Below are positions 30,430 through 45,199 of a DNA stretch of 64,000 nucleotides, in pieces. Each line of letters starts with the position of its first letter. Positions within the stretch are counted from its first letter, which is position 1. The notes below the pieces were generated by a model that saw only the letters and a list, made by a program, of their open reading frames with translations, was not told the origin of the DNA and made no database searches. The translations under genes were made by a program, and so were the position numbers. The stretch is from Octopus bimaculoides. Taxonomy: Eukaryota. The stretch spans positions 49,857,753 through 49,921,752 of the forward strand of contig NC_068998.1 of the NCBI RefSeq assembly GCF_001194135.2, in the 5' to 3' direction.

Positions 30430-31990
30430 TCAGGCAAGGGGTATCTTCATTATATTACAGTTTACATTGCCGCGAGGAGGTACATGTTGACGCCAAGAAG
30501 ATTCAGTCAGAATGTGCGGAGGGTACAGGATGAGAGGGGTATATAAATGTAGGGAGAAATAATTATTAGAAGGGAAGGATGACGAAAACATAAAAGGGAG
30601 TGAGAGGAAGGAGGAATTGGGAGAGGGGTGTTGACTTGTAGTTGACAATATATTAGTTTTACCTAAATCACATAATTCAGTCATGGGATTGGTACTTGAA
30701 TATAAATTGGACGGGAGAGGATGAGGAAATATTTTAGGCAGTGGCGGAGAAAGAAAATGTGTATAGATAAAGCAAGAAATTTAAGCCCGGCTAGCTGGTT
30801 GTTAAAATACCTTTATGGCCGATGGTAGAAACTAGCAGGGAATGGTAAAAATGTTTATAAAGAGAACAATCGTATGAAGAAGTGGATGTGTATGTAGGCT
30901 TACAGATGGAGAGTGTAGGATGAGAGGGAGTTGAAATAAAGGGAAACAAAATATTCTGACATGAAATTCAAAGGGTAGAAAGACATTGTTGGTTTAATAC
31001 AGTATCTCCCAATTTGGGCGCTATTGTACACCTGGGAGCGGTGGAAAGTTCCCAGGAGGCGTTAAAATCAGTGGGGTTAAAAACAAGTGGGCTTACATGT
31101 AGAGAGTTGGAGATTATTTTGAATTAATTTAATACGGTGGGGCCACGCCTTTGGTGGATTTCGGAGTTTCTTGTTACGATTTCCGATTACTCCGGCAGTG
31201 TTGTTGGTGGAGTAGAATAATTTTATAGACGTGAGTTTAAATTTTTTTCTAAGGGGTTTAGATTTAAGGAAATATTATTCGAGTTGGACGAAGATAAATC
31301 TGGGTACTCGACTCTGGACGTTTAGGTCGAAGCAGGGTGGAAGCAGATGACGTCTCGAGTTCCAGTTCGTGTAATCCGATTTGCGAGGTTACCTGGGTGG
31401 AAATGGGTTTTGCAGGTGTATATCTTAGTGGGTTATGGTGAATTTAGAATAAAGGGTTATCAGGTAATGTGTCGTTACCTGCGCCTCTACATATATATAG
31501 TCTTTCTTTCTTTCTTATCACATCGCCCATTCTTTTCGACCATTCTCCTCATTTTAACATACATATATATTCTCTTCTTTCTATCACTATGTTATCAAAA
31601 TTTCATTCACACCACAAACCCCACTGAATGAACAGCACATGGAATCTACATCTCCACACACTCAATTTGTAATAAGAAAATATGAACTATCGGAATTAAA
31701 ATACAACGGACGGGAACCATTTCTACCATTTCTATACACCACTTTCATGGGATAATGGAACTGCAAATATAACATCCTACATATTTTTTTATTCTTTTAT
31801 TCTCTAATTTCCCTTTATACATCTTGTTTCCATTCTTTTCCCAAATAACTCCTTATATTGAACTGTACTATTTCCCGCTATGTAACTCTCTCACATGGTC
31901 TCTGATGAAGCGAACTTCCAAATAAACAAGAAACAGCTGTAAGTGTAACTTTCTCTTTATTAGTGTCCTAAGATTTTCGCACAGCCTCGG
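30430..31990. mobile_element. Penelope-like element debris in mixed orientation
   Basis: Minus strand linker-like peptide APKLGDTV; CTGATGAAG...GAAACAGCTGT terminal-type motif near 31900. Confidence 0.4.
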
Positions 31991-32055
31991 CTTAGTTGTC
32001 TAATTTTTTCTAACACACACACATACACACATACATACATACATACATACATATA

Positions 32056-32126
<71 letters not shown>

Positions 32127-32207
32127 ATATATGTATATATATAAACAGAGATAGATGCATATAAACACGCACACACACACACTGATGTCCGCGTGTGTGT
32201 ATTTGTG

Positions 32208-32560
32208 TTTTGATATATGTACATGATTTTTAGAACACCCGAAGAGAGTCAAATAATTTCAGCTGTCATGTCAAACATAACATAATTCCACATAATAAAT
32301 TACCAAGTGAATGGGATAAAATTTATAGCATTTTAAGGAACTGAACACGTGTTTCCTTATAATTATTTCTAAAGGACATAATTTGCACGGAGTGCATAGT
32401 GCAGCACCAAAAATTAAGTGTTTTGAACAACTAATATCTCTTCGATATTAAGACGCTCTTTCATAAAACTGCCAGCCAAACTGGCAGATAGATTGTGCAT
32501 GTGAGAGTATAATACCAAAATCCGAGAACAAAGAAATGCTATCACACATTTTGCATACCT
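32208..32560 (+). promoter_or_regulatory. Third copy of the A-type upstream block, not followed by an A-type gene (CACGTG at 32346-32351)
   Basis: Shared motifs ttgatatatgtacatgat.ttag, tttatagcattttaa, ctaaaggaca, ggcagatag, gtgagagtataata. Confidence 0.5.
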
Positions 32561-32589
32561 AACAAAAGAGAAATACACAAAAAAGTGTC

Positions 32590-33290
32590 CGTTTTATTAT
32601 ATATTTTTTTTTTAGCTTACATGTTTTAACCAATATACCTAGAAATGAGAGTTCGTCTTGGTTGCATTTTATTGTGAATTGTATGTTGTTGTCAATGTTA
32701 TTATGGAGTTTTTCTGATTCTATGAGTTTATATTGGTGTATAGGTTCAAATGAAACCATGAGTGTTTCTTCCTTGATCTATTCCCATAAGTGATTTAGCA
32801 TATCTCAGTCAATCCTAATATAACTTTCGATGTAATATAGAAATGGCTTTAGGATGATGTCCATGATATGTTTCACAGAATGGTCCAGCTACGATGGGCC
32901 GTAATTTTAGGTCTCCTGGTGCTGGTGTGTGTATGTCTGCTTTGAAGATTTTTTAATCACTTCGTCTATAGTTTGGCGTTTGTGAATTTTCGGTAGAACA
33001 TAGAATAGTCTGGCTTTACACTTAAAGTTTCTTAAAGTGTCTAGTTCTGTTTTTTTTTGTTAGGTCGTTTCCCTGGGTCAGAATTAATGAAAAGAGCGTT
33101 TTCATTATTTTAGGTGGAGTATAATCTTTGAGTTTTTCGTAGTGTTTATCATTGTTTAGGATATTACTAGAGTTTTGTAATATAGGGTGTCCATTACCAC
33201 AACCACTCTCAGTGAGCATTTTGACAGATGACACAGAACAACTGCAACCACATTTCTTAATCTTCACATTATATCAATTTACTATTTGGG
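32590..33290 (-). mobile_element. Penelope-like RT fragment
   Basis: NIQFTIKCNQDELSFLGILV and RPKITAHRSWT on the minus strand. Confidence 0.65.
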
Positions 33291-33960
33291 CCTGAACCCA
33301 AGAGTAACTAAATAAAGACGCCTCATTAGTTGAAAAATATAAGCCAGAATTAAATATAAGCCCATATTGGAAAGTAAAAATTTACCACATCTATTCAATA
33401 TTAACTGATATAAGCCACAATCAAATAAAATGAATATTAAGAATTACAGTTTTACCTCCCCTTTGCCGAAAAATAACTTGCATACCAATTATCTCCCCCT
33501 AGCAAGCAAAATCCCGAACTCCGGATTGTATCTAGCACTCAAATTTGAAGTGCGAAACCGGTTATTATGTTGGAGGAAAACATTTTTATTTTGTATAATA
33601 TTGTATAATACATTTCGTATGAGGATTCTAACATATTCTTTTATCTTGTAAGACAAATCTGTTTTCATCTTTTTACTTTCCTTTATATATATATATATTT
33701 TTTTTTTTAAACAGCACAGAAAACGGTTAGATTCATTTCATTTTATAAATATTTTCTGATTAGAACATTCTATGGCGGGAAAGGTAAACTGCATTTTCAG
33801 ATATAATGTAACACCACATGATAAGTAATACAGAATATAATAACAGTTAAAAAGAAAGGAAAAACATCTGCTACATCGTGTTAAACTGAAAACACAAATT
33901 TCGACGTTGTACAAAACGGCAACAGGTATATACAGAACGAACAGCAATACGTTATCTACA

Positions 33961-36900
33961 ATGAAGATTATTATATGCATATTCTTTCTAATTTGTGGTA
34001 AGATAATTTTTCATAACCAGGCACACACAGACGCATGCGGATGTATACACGTGATTATGTATGTATGTTTGTATGTATGTATGTATGTATGCATGCATGC
34101 ATGCATGTATGTATGTATGTATGTATCTATGTATGGATTGATGGATGGATGGATGGATGGATGGATGGATGGATAGATGTAAAGAAATATGTATGAAATA
34201 TATATATATACATAAACACACATACATACATACATATTCACACACAAACATCTAGACATATATTCACATATAGTTAGATGACTAAATATATATACTTGGT
34301 CGGGAAAACGAAAGCGTGTGGTTTCGAGTTCCACGTACACGAAAAACCCTACTCATTCTGTCGATCGCTTATATGCTCCATTAGTATACTATTTCTTTAG
34401 ACATACCCAGTGATCGCTATAAGATTTTAAGCTTATAAAATACTATTGTTTTTATTATTTACACAATTGTAAAAATCGACGCTGCTTAGCAAAACCATCC
34501 CAGTAATATCTATCTATCTTTCTATATTTATATACATAAATATNNNNNNNNNNNNNNNNNNNNNNNNNNNNNNNNNNNNNNNNNNNNNNNNNNNNNNNAT
34601 AGTGTATATATTTATATACCAACAACAAATATTAAAATACCAACAACACAGCAAATACTCTCATTCCGTCAAATTTGCGACGAAACATCGGCAAGATATC
34701 GTAATGAAAATGATCGAACCATATTTTAGAAGCGAACAATCGTGGAATTAATGATCCCTATATTCTAGATTTGCTAGGTGATGCTGTGGATATTTTGCAA
34801 CAACCTTTAATTAAAAGCAACAAAATTTTGAAGTTTATGATCGACAAATATACGCATGTACAGAAAAACAAAAAAAAACAAAATATGATAATCCTATACT
34901 TGTTATTAAACGTCTGCTTACACTTTCAAATGAAGAATCATACCTTCGTTGCAAAGAAATGTTTGTTTCATTTTATATGCCTTATTTCTGCGTAAGTAAT
35001 TGATTAGAAAATATGTCCTGGAGAAAAATATATAATTCTTAAAATTCTAGGCGCTGCAGGGTCCAGAATCTGTTTCATACAAGCCGATGACCAATGCAAA
35101 TATGCTCAGAAACATTATCCTGTTCAGGAACCAGACATTCATCTCTGCAAGTATATGTACTGCTTTTACTTCTATCATCCGTACTACCACCTATAACATT
35201 TGCAAATTAATTTCTCATAATCACTTGTTCGTAATATATTATTTACAGAGGAGCAATCTATGTAATGCGAGGTTGAAATATATTTCACAAAATGTATTCC
35301 ATCACTGATTCAGTAAATTTTACATCAATCTAACAACGCCCAAATTAAAATATTATCGGTTTTTTTCGTAGACCGAAAGTAAACGATAAACTATTTATCT
35401 CAACAGAAATTAATCTATAACGGCTTTGTCTGATTGACAAGAAATCAAAAAAAATTCTATCATTGTCTCGAATGTGCCTTTTCTCGATTCTTCTTTATGT
35501 AACCCTCTTTGTATTTCTAATTAGTATCATTTCCACCGCAGAAATATAAAAAGTGATATTCTTACAGATATGAAGCGACCACAGAATTTTAGCCATGTAA
35601 ATAATTTTGATTTTGTAGGGAGTTGAGCAGACAGAATAATTAGCACGCCAGTAAAAATGCTTAGCGGCATTTCATCCGTCTTTACGTCTGTGATCGACTT
35701 CATTCTTCATTATCCCGGTCCGATAAAATACGGAACCCACAAAAATTGTTCTTGACTTGTACCAAAGTTGGAAATTAATATTTGAAATATTGTAAAGCGG
35801 TGAGTTAGACAAATCTTAAGGAGCCCGGGCAAAATTCCTAGCGATGTTTCGTCCCAAATTACGTCGTTTGCTTCCCTTTCCGCCGAGGCCTATTTTGATT
35901 TCCATCTTTTCAGGTAGATAAAATAACTATCATTGGTGCACAAGAATGTTCTAAATCTGAAATAATGTTTCACATACTGAACACCGTTACGTAACTCTTG
36001 ACACGAAGTATAGTCTTTTACATTCAATACAAACATATTCTGACATAATAAAAGAAGTATTGATTATCATTATTTTTTTTTATAATCAATGAAAGTTGAG
36101 AAACGTTTTATGTTCCAGACGACTATGGCTGTATGAAACCTGTTATATGAATAGCAATAATTTTTGTAGAAACGTCATGCTCCAAAACCGTAGAGAAGAA
36201 AACTGTCTTCGTAAGTAAAGTAATCTGTCTTATTAAAAGCGCTGTTTCAACAAATGAAATTTCAATCGCACACACACACACATGCAAATTTCATTAGATG
36301 ATATATTAACCTTGTGAAGGGATGATTGCATCTACAGAATCGATATGATACCGGACAAAATTCTTAGAGGCATTTAAGGCGTATCAACGTACTGATTCCA
36401 AACTTCGTCGTGATCCACTGTACGTTAAGAAGAAGATCATATATATACCTGCAGAAATAAGAGCCCTGTATCTTTGAAATATTAAAAGGAACAGGGCAAC
36501 TTTCTTTCGCCAAAGTTTTACAATCGTAATATGCTGCAACGCCTATGATTAGAAAAAATGGAATTCAATTGTCAAATAGAAGGAGAAGGAGGAGGGCAGC
36601 AACAAGGGGGAGGAGGAAGATTATAATCATGAATATACACAAAATATAAGTTCCAGTCATCGGCATTTCCTGTTTAGTTTCTAAATGAATATTCGCCTTT
36701 ATCCGTCGATTCATTGATAACTTAAATGCCAACTAATTGTTGCAGTTCGTTAAGTGTTTAGAATACAATCGTCTATAAACGTGCTGTTTCATCAGCTCAC
36801 CTGTAGATCCATGAGGAATGGAACTTTGTTTACTTTATTGATCGAGAACAATTTTACCATTGTATTTGATTTTCCTAGAAAACATAAACTATGTTGGTGA

Positions 36901-37029
36901 AATGAATCCACTAATTGTAAATGAATACCACATTAACATAGTTTTGCCTTGAATATTACAGATGCTGTGACCTGCATCATTTCATTGAACAGTATATTAT
37001 TGGTACTTCCTGTATCGATCTTATTTTAA
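33961..37029 (+). CDS. Six-Cys GPI-type surface protein, copy B5 (98 aa). Exons 33961-33997, 35051-35150, 36119-36210, 36962-37029. [98 protein letters not shown]
   Basis: GT-AG introns of phases 1,2,1; open frame; AATAAA at 37061-37066; conserved Cys pattern. Confidence 0.88.
35618..35960 (+). mobile_element. SINE at an orthologous position in intron 2 of all B-type copies (also 27563-27640, 39504-39850, 48995-49140)
   Basis: The same upstream flank (catttc.acc.cagaaata...tattct) precedes each copy. Confidence 0.7.
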
Positions 37030-37328
37030 AGTAATTAGAAGATATGCACCGTGTGAACCTAATAAAGAATAATAACCATATAATAATTTTGTGTTAGTTT
37101 GAATTATATAAAAACTTATCTTCAGTATATTACACAAGTAAGGATGTACAGAGCTTCAAAATGTTATTATTACAACATTGCCCAAGTTGCTTACAAAATT
37201 CCCTTCAAATTTGGTTCATCGCCATGAGTCTATTTTAGAAGACGCTCTTCTAAAATTATATGAAGCAGGACTAAAATTGGAAATATAGGATTGGGAGACA
37301 AAATCTTTACGAATGACCAACAACTGGG

Positions 37329-37412
<84 letters not shown>

Positions 37413-37642
37413 CACACACATACACACACAAAGAACTGAGCAGAACATTCCGGAGCAAGTTAAACTGTATTTTCAGATATAACGTAACACTATATGAATA
37501 ATAACGAGATAATATAATATCTGTTAAAAAAATAAAAGTTAAAAAAACATCTGCTACATCGTGTTAAACTAAAAACACAAATTTCTACATTGTACCAACG
37601 GCAACAGGTATATACAGAACGAACGGCAATACGTTATCTACA

Positions 37643-38135
37643 ATGAAGATTATTATATGCATATTCTTTCTAATTTGTGGTAAGATAATCTTTCATAAAC
37701 CTGCGATCTTAAAGGAACACCAGACACACACAGACGCATGCAGATGTATGACTTGCTTATGTATGGATTGATGTATTAAAATATGCATGCATATATATAT
37801 ATATACATACGCACTCACATACATACATGCATGCATACATACATGCATACATACATACATGCAAATATATTCACACACATACATCTAGATATATATTCAT
37901 ATATATTTATGACTATATATATATTTGGTCGGGAAAACAAAGGGGTGTGATTTCGAGTTGCACGCGTACGAAAACAACAAACTATCCCTTCGATGACTTA
38001 TATGGACATTTATTATACTATTTCTCTAGTCATTACCCAGTGATCGCTATAGCTTTAAGCTTATAAAATACTATTATTTTGATTATTTATAGAATTGTAA
38101 AAATCGACACTGCATAGCACAAACCATCGCAGTAA

Positions 38136-38195
<60 letters not shown>

Positions 38196-38196
38196 C

Positions 38197-38259
<63 letters not shown>

Positions 38260-41180
38260 CGCAGAGTTCGACTGTCCACCTCTTCTTTGCGGGGTCGATA
38301 ACTTAAATACCTGTTGCGTACTGGGGTCGATATAATTGACTCGTTCCGTCCCCCAAAATTTCGGTCTTGAGTAAAAAAGATTATTTGGTCATTGTTTTTC
38401 TTAATTTTTTTTTTGTTTTTAATACAAATTCTTTACATTATGAAATTTGACATAAATATTCCCGATTATCAATGTCCATCCTCAATTACTCATGTCAGTT
38501 ATATGAAACATATTTTAGCAATGAATATTTTCGAAGGGAACCAACTTGTATAGTCACTGACTATATACCAACAACACATCAACTACTCTCATTCCGTCAA
38601 ATTTGCGACGAAAATTCGGCAAGATATGTTAATGAAAATAGTCGAAACATAAATTTAGAATATACGATCCCATATATTCTAGATTTACTAGGCATGCCAT
38701 AATCGTTAATTAAATACTATCAAATTTTGAAGTTACTGATCAACAAGTATACGCACACAGAAAAAAACAATATCAAAATATGATAATCCGATACTTGTTA
38801 TTAAACATCTACTTACACTTTCAACTGAAGAATTTATACCCGCGTTGCAAAGAAATGTTTCATTTTATATGCCTTATTTCTGTGTAACCAATGAATTAAA
38901 GAAATAATTTAAGGAAAAAAGTATGCAATTTTTAAAACTTTAGGCGCTGCGGGTTCCAAAGTCTGTTTCATAGTAGCCAAGGACCAATGCAAATTTGCTC
39001 TGAAAAGTTATCCTGTTCAGAAGCCAGATATTCATCGCTGCAAGTATATATTCTTCTTTTACTATCATTCGTGCTACCACCAATAACATTTGCAAATTTA
39101 TCTCTCATAATCACTTGTTCGTAAAATATTACTGGCAGAGGAGCAATCTATGTTATGCGAGGTTGAAATATATTTAACAAAATGTATTCCATCCCCGATT
39201 CAGTAAATTTTACATCAATCTAACAACGCCCAAAATATTATCGGTTCTGTTCGTAGACCGAAAATGAATGATAATCTATTTATCTCATGACGTATTAATC
39301 CATAACGATTTCATCTGATTGATAAGAATACAAAAAAATTCTATCTTTGTCTCATATGTTCCTTTTCTTAAAAATCTTCTTTATGTAACCCTCTTTGTAT
39401 TTCTAATTAGCATCATTTCCACTGCAGAAATATAAAAGTTGATATTCTCACAGATATGCAGCGACCACAACATTTTACCCATGCAAATACTTGTAATATT
39501 GCAGGGAGTTGAGCAGACAGAATAGTTAGCACGCTGATCAAAATGCTTAGCGGTATTTCATCCGTCTTTACGTTTTGCCTTGAAATACCGCCGTGATCAA
39601 CTTCATCCTCCCTCAGTCGGGTCCCAATAAAATACGGAACCCACAAAAATTGTTCTTGACATGTACCAAAATTTGAAATCAATATTTCAAATATTGTAAG
39701 GCGAGTTAGACAAATCTTAAGGAGCCCGGGCAAAATCCCTAGCGATATTTCGTCCGTCTTTACGTTGTTAGCTTCACATTACGCCGAGTCCGACTTTGGT
39801 TTCCATATCTTCAGGGTTGATAAGATAACTGCCAATGGTGTACAAGGATGTTCTAAATCTGAAACAAATGTTTCGCTTATTCTTGACGCTTACATTCAGT
39901 ACATAATATTCTGATATAATAAAAGTAACTATTATTTATGCTTATAATTAGTAACTCTTGAGAAACTTGCTATCTTTCAGACGACTATGGATGTATGAAC
40001 TATGTTTTATTGATACAGATTATTTTTGCAGACACGTTATGCTCCTATACCGTAAAGAAGAAAATTGTCTTCGTAAGTGAAAGAATTTGTCCTATTATTA
40101 AAAGTGCTGTATCAACAAATGAAATTGAAATCAGAATTCCTTTTTAGTAGATTATGTGTTGAGATACTATGCTAGGAGTGTCGGTATTGTATTCAATTTC
40201 AAAAATTCACCTTAAACTAAATACTCCTTGAGTTGCTTCTCTACATCTGAAAGTATTAGTTAATCAAACACGACTGTCCGTACACATCACATATTACTGT
40301 GCTAAAAGACATGTTTTTACCACGTGATTGATATTATGTAAGAAAAATGATTTGTTCTTCACAGATGAGCAAACACCTACCAAACATTATGATGGCATGA
40401 GATAAAATTATTTTATAAATTTGTTTGCATTCCGGCAGTGTATATTCTTGCCCTTTTCAGCGCACATATATTTGTGTGAAAATATTCTACAAAAATAAAT
40501 GGCGAAAAATCAGAGCCACTGCAGCATGATAACGGCTACTTTCACGTTACAGTCTACGCAATACGACAGAATTCATATTTTGCAAGTCTGATATTTAATA
40601 CATTCAAATTAGAAAACAAAGATAAATTCCTTTTGCAATTCAGAAAATTTACTAGAAATAAAAAAAAATGGAAATCGACCTTCTTATTCTTGATTCTTAA
40701 GCTTAGAACAATATTACAGCTTTGTAACGTGGGCGTCAATATGATTTTGGTAACATATCATTGGAAATAGGTTCGCGACGAGTGCTACTTTACGATAGTT
40801 ATAAAAACAAAAACCCCGTAAGCTGACCATCACTGAGTGTGAACGTTATTATTGCACTTCCTTCATCTCATTCTTAAACAGAAATGTAGTATATATGTAT
40901 ATATCTATATCAATGAACTGTCTAATGTAGATCTCTGGAGAATGGAAACTAGTTCACATTGTTGGTGGAGAACAATTTTCACACTGTATTCATTTTTCTA
41001 GAAAATGTAAAGGACGTTGGTGAAATGAATCCACTAATTGTAAATGAATAGCAAATTAACATATTTTTTGCCCTGAATACTACAGGGGCTGTGAGCTACA
41101 TTGTATCATTGAACAGTATATCACTGGTTCTTCCTGTATCGATCATATTTGAAAGGAATCCGAAGATATGCAGCGTGTGA
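37643..41180 (+). CDS. Six-Cys surface protein, copy B6 (107 aa, stop-loss C-terminal extension). Exons 37643-37679, 38944-39043, 39981-40072, 41086-41180. [107 protein letters not shown]
   Basis: Recent tandem duplicate of B5 (exon 1 identical, introns alignable); GT-AG sites intact; GAA at 41151-41153 where paralogs have TAA/TAG. Confidence 0.86.
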
Positions 41181-41559
41181 AGCTAAGAAAATATAATAAG
41201 CCATGTAATAAAATTTTTCGCTACCTTGTATTATATAAACATTTACTTTCAGTATATTACACTAGTAATTGTGTACACAGCTTCGAAATTTCATTATTAC
41301 AACATTGCCCAGAAATAGTATATCTAACAGGCTTCAATACAACATTACTTAACATTTACAGGTGTTGAAATGATATATATATTTTCAATCCATTTTCAAA
41401 TCATTTCCTTTTTAATATACCTTCAGTATTAAATGTTTAATGCATTAGTTATTTCTAATAAAAAGTTAACTTTTAGTTACCACATTTATAACATATATCG
41501 CCTTAGAAATAGTCATGTTGCATAGCTATACACTAGTGCCAATATTCATATACGTTTTG

Positions 41560-42120
41560 ATATCGGACCCAGAAATAGCTTTATGAAAGCAATTCATGTA
41601 TCTTCTACGATTCGACCCGGATTTCGACAACTTTGAAGGAACGGCAACATTTGAGTTCCATATTCATCTTATGAGACAGATATAATTCAGTACGTGCGAG
41701 ATCTGGAAAACTGTGAGGACGCAAGAGCGATACGATAATGTTTTTGAAATTCACAATTGAGGAGAGCGAAGTGACAGGATGCATGGTCGTCGTGCAAAAT
41801 ATAATACTCGATCTCCGCTGTCCAGCTCACTTTCGCCGAATGTCCTCCATCAAACATTTAAAAATGCCGTTGGTTGTTCTGCGACGACTGTCATATACAA
41901 GTTGATGAATTGTCTCCCCCTTCCTCCGGTGGTGACGAATGTTGTGAGTCGTCCAGATAACTTACCGTTTTGCCGATGGTGCTTATCCATTTTTGGAGTG
42001 CGCATATCACTCGAAACTTTTCAATACGGCTTCACTTTTCTTCACGTACATTTAATGGTGGTTTACAAGATTTTTGTCACAAGGAGAAAAGTGAAATTTA
42101 TGTTATACGTTGAAGTAACT
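41560..42120 (-). mobile_element. Decayed mariner transposase fragment downstream of B6
   Basis: Alignable to 29340-29730; degenerate mariner catalytic-domain sequence. Confidence 0.55.
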
Positions 42121-43335
42121 CTTTTATGAGAAACATATATAAAGCCGATTATCTTTCCAATTTTTTAAACCAGTTAAGATACACACACATACACGTACAC
42201 AAACATACACTCAGATATACATTCATATACATATATAAAACTTATATATATATATATATATNNNNNNNNNNNNNNNNNNNNNNNNNNNNNNNNNNNNNNN
42301 NNNNNNNNNNNNNNNNNNNNNNNNNNNNNNNNNNNNNNNNNNNNNNNNNNNNNNNNNNNNNNNNNNNNNNNNNNNNNNNNNNNNNNNNNNNNNNNNNNNN
42401 NNNNNNNNNNNNNNNNNNNNNNNNNNNNNNTATATATATATATATATATTTAGGTATGTATTTATGTATATACGTACGCATAAATGTATGTATGCAGATG
42501 CATATGTAATATATACGTATTTACGATTTAACTGATATTCCAAAAAAGTAACGTAAGCTATCATTTGATCTTAAAATTGTGGTTATATTTCCGAAAACCC
42601 TAAAGGAATTATTTCAAGTTGGCTAATGAAAACAGCATGGAAATTCAAGACAAATACTTTTTTTTTAAAGCTCTTCCTGATATCACATTTTCTATTATTT
42701 ATTATGTGATATGTGCCGCCTATGTGGGATTTAGTTAATTTGCTTATTTAAATTTGTACTGGCGAAAAGGGTGGCTGTCATGAACTATATATGTTTTTTA
42801 AAGTATTTTGGTTATCCCAGCTTTTATCAATTTAAACAATGTCTGTGTTTTAATTCATTGTTCTGCAAATTATCGACAAATTTGATCTTACAAAACATTA
42901 TATTAGTAAAAGTTAGAAGAGAATAGATCGAGATATATTTTACATAGAGAGGTAGGGCAAGCTGTCATCTTTCTTATGAGATATCCTACATGAACGCATA
43001 TTCATCATTAATACTAGAACATAATGCAAAGCAATTTTTTCCCAACAGCAACCACAATATATGTGATATATATTGCCTAAAATCAACTACACTCTAATTA
43101 ACTTTAGCATCGACAAACTTGATAATTAAATATTAGCTTAAGTACAATGATAAAACTTAACAAATATTTCAAATCATCTGCACATATAAAGTATAATCTT
43201 GAACACAAAAAGCGACGATTTTCATGTAAATTTTTCACTATTATATTATAGTGCGATCGTGGGTGTATGGTACTGTATAAGGTACTGTTTACACAAAATT
43301 GTTATGGATTACCAAGCATATATATATACTAGCTC

Positions 43336-43384
<49 letters not shown>

Positions 43385-45199
43385 GTATATATGTGTGAGA
43401 GAGAGAGAGAGCGAGTGAGAATGTGTGTGTGTGTGGATGTGTGAGAGAGAGTGAGAGTCTGATTGTAATCGACCGTTATTGATTAGGGCATACAGATGTA
43501 TATTTAAATACATATTAGATATTAAAGTAATTGGGGCTTGGGACAAAAGGAGTCCAGTACATAGTGGCTCATGCATGCAAAATAAAAATTCATAGACACT
43601 CATATCTACGCGCAGACATACATTTATATACATAAGCATATGCATGTACAAACACAAACTATATACAGACATATACGTATGGATATACAATCTCACATGT
43701 AGATAAACTGACATGCGTAAAATAAACATGTAAAATCAGTGAGTTTTAGAAGTGCATAGAGGAGAGGTATAGACTAAATATTTAGAAGGATTTCGTGATT
43801 TTATTACATGCACTGGATTTTAATTAAAAATGCAAGATTTACATATATAAATTCTGGATCAAATATGTATTGTATTAAATTAATAGGGTTTCGTATTCTG
43901 TAGATAATTAATTCAGGAATTTAGATGTAAAAGATCAAAATAATTCTTAAATATATGTGATGTAATGAAATTTATCAAAAAGATATGTATGAACACTAAG
44001 ACAAGGAGAGAATTTCTCAACACTCATTTATTAGTTTTCTTTTAGTAAAAATAAGAATTAGATAGTATTCGGTTGTACGAAGATCACAGTATTTATCTGG
44101 GAGATGGATGGGTTTCATCGAACGTTCGGTAGACTTTCGAAGAGAAAGTTCTAACCACTGTTTCAACTGTGGCTTGGTATGATGATCTTTTTTCCTTTTG
44201 CAGTGATTATTAAATTTACACTATTCTTTAATTCTAATATCGCAAAACTTAGTAATGTTTCGAGAGGGGAGTTCATGTTGCTTTGGGCGAGTGTTCTCCC
44301 CTTGATTGTTAAATTGATTTGTTGTATGTTTAGCATAAAATGTACGTTTTTATGCATTTATGTATATGTGTGCATTTGTGCGTATGCGTGAGAGAGTATG
44401 TGTGAAAGAAAGAGAGTGAAGGCTGTGTTATCATGTAGACGTACATACATAATTACATATGCATAGATCATTATATGAATGTATATATGTATGCGTGTGT
44501 ATATGTACGAGAGAGTGATGCCTAAGTTGCACTCACTCTCACCCTTTCTGTTTTTTTCTCTCTCTCTGTGTCTCACAAACACACACGCACACACTTCCAT
44601 TTCATACACATGTACATACATCTTTTAATTTCTCCTCTCTTTCGCTTTAAAAGAAAACTAAGTAAATAAATTTTTTACGGAAATTAACGAACAAAACCGA
44701 AAGTTCATTTTTGCATTTCCTCACGTTCAACCAAAATAATGCCAAAACATGCGATTCTAAAAACAACATTCAGCAGCAAAAGGACAACCGCAGAGAATAT
44801 CATAAAAATTATTAGAATTGGGAATCAAATGTGAAAATATCAAGTGGCTAGCGGTAAACCACCCCGAGGGCGGTCTTTCAGCTAGTATATTATAACATAA
44901 AAGAATTGAAAATCAATACATATATGACGACGAGAAAACGCACAAACACGTACATATATATATGCGATAAACTCTGCGATGGTAAAAAAAAAAAAAAATT
45001 TCATTGTAACAGATAATAGCGACGAGTTTATCACTATTTTGTCTTCCTTTGTAAATTTCTCACAAATAAATTTTGAAGTCGTTTAATATAACAATAACAG
45101 AATAGTACAAAAGAGTATATAGTCTAAAAACGTCTCCGTTTTTCAAATGAAAGGCACGGAAGATATGGAACCGAATATCGAAACACGCTGCATACATAC

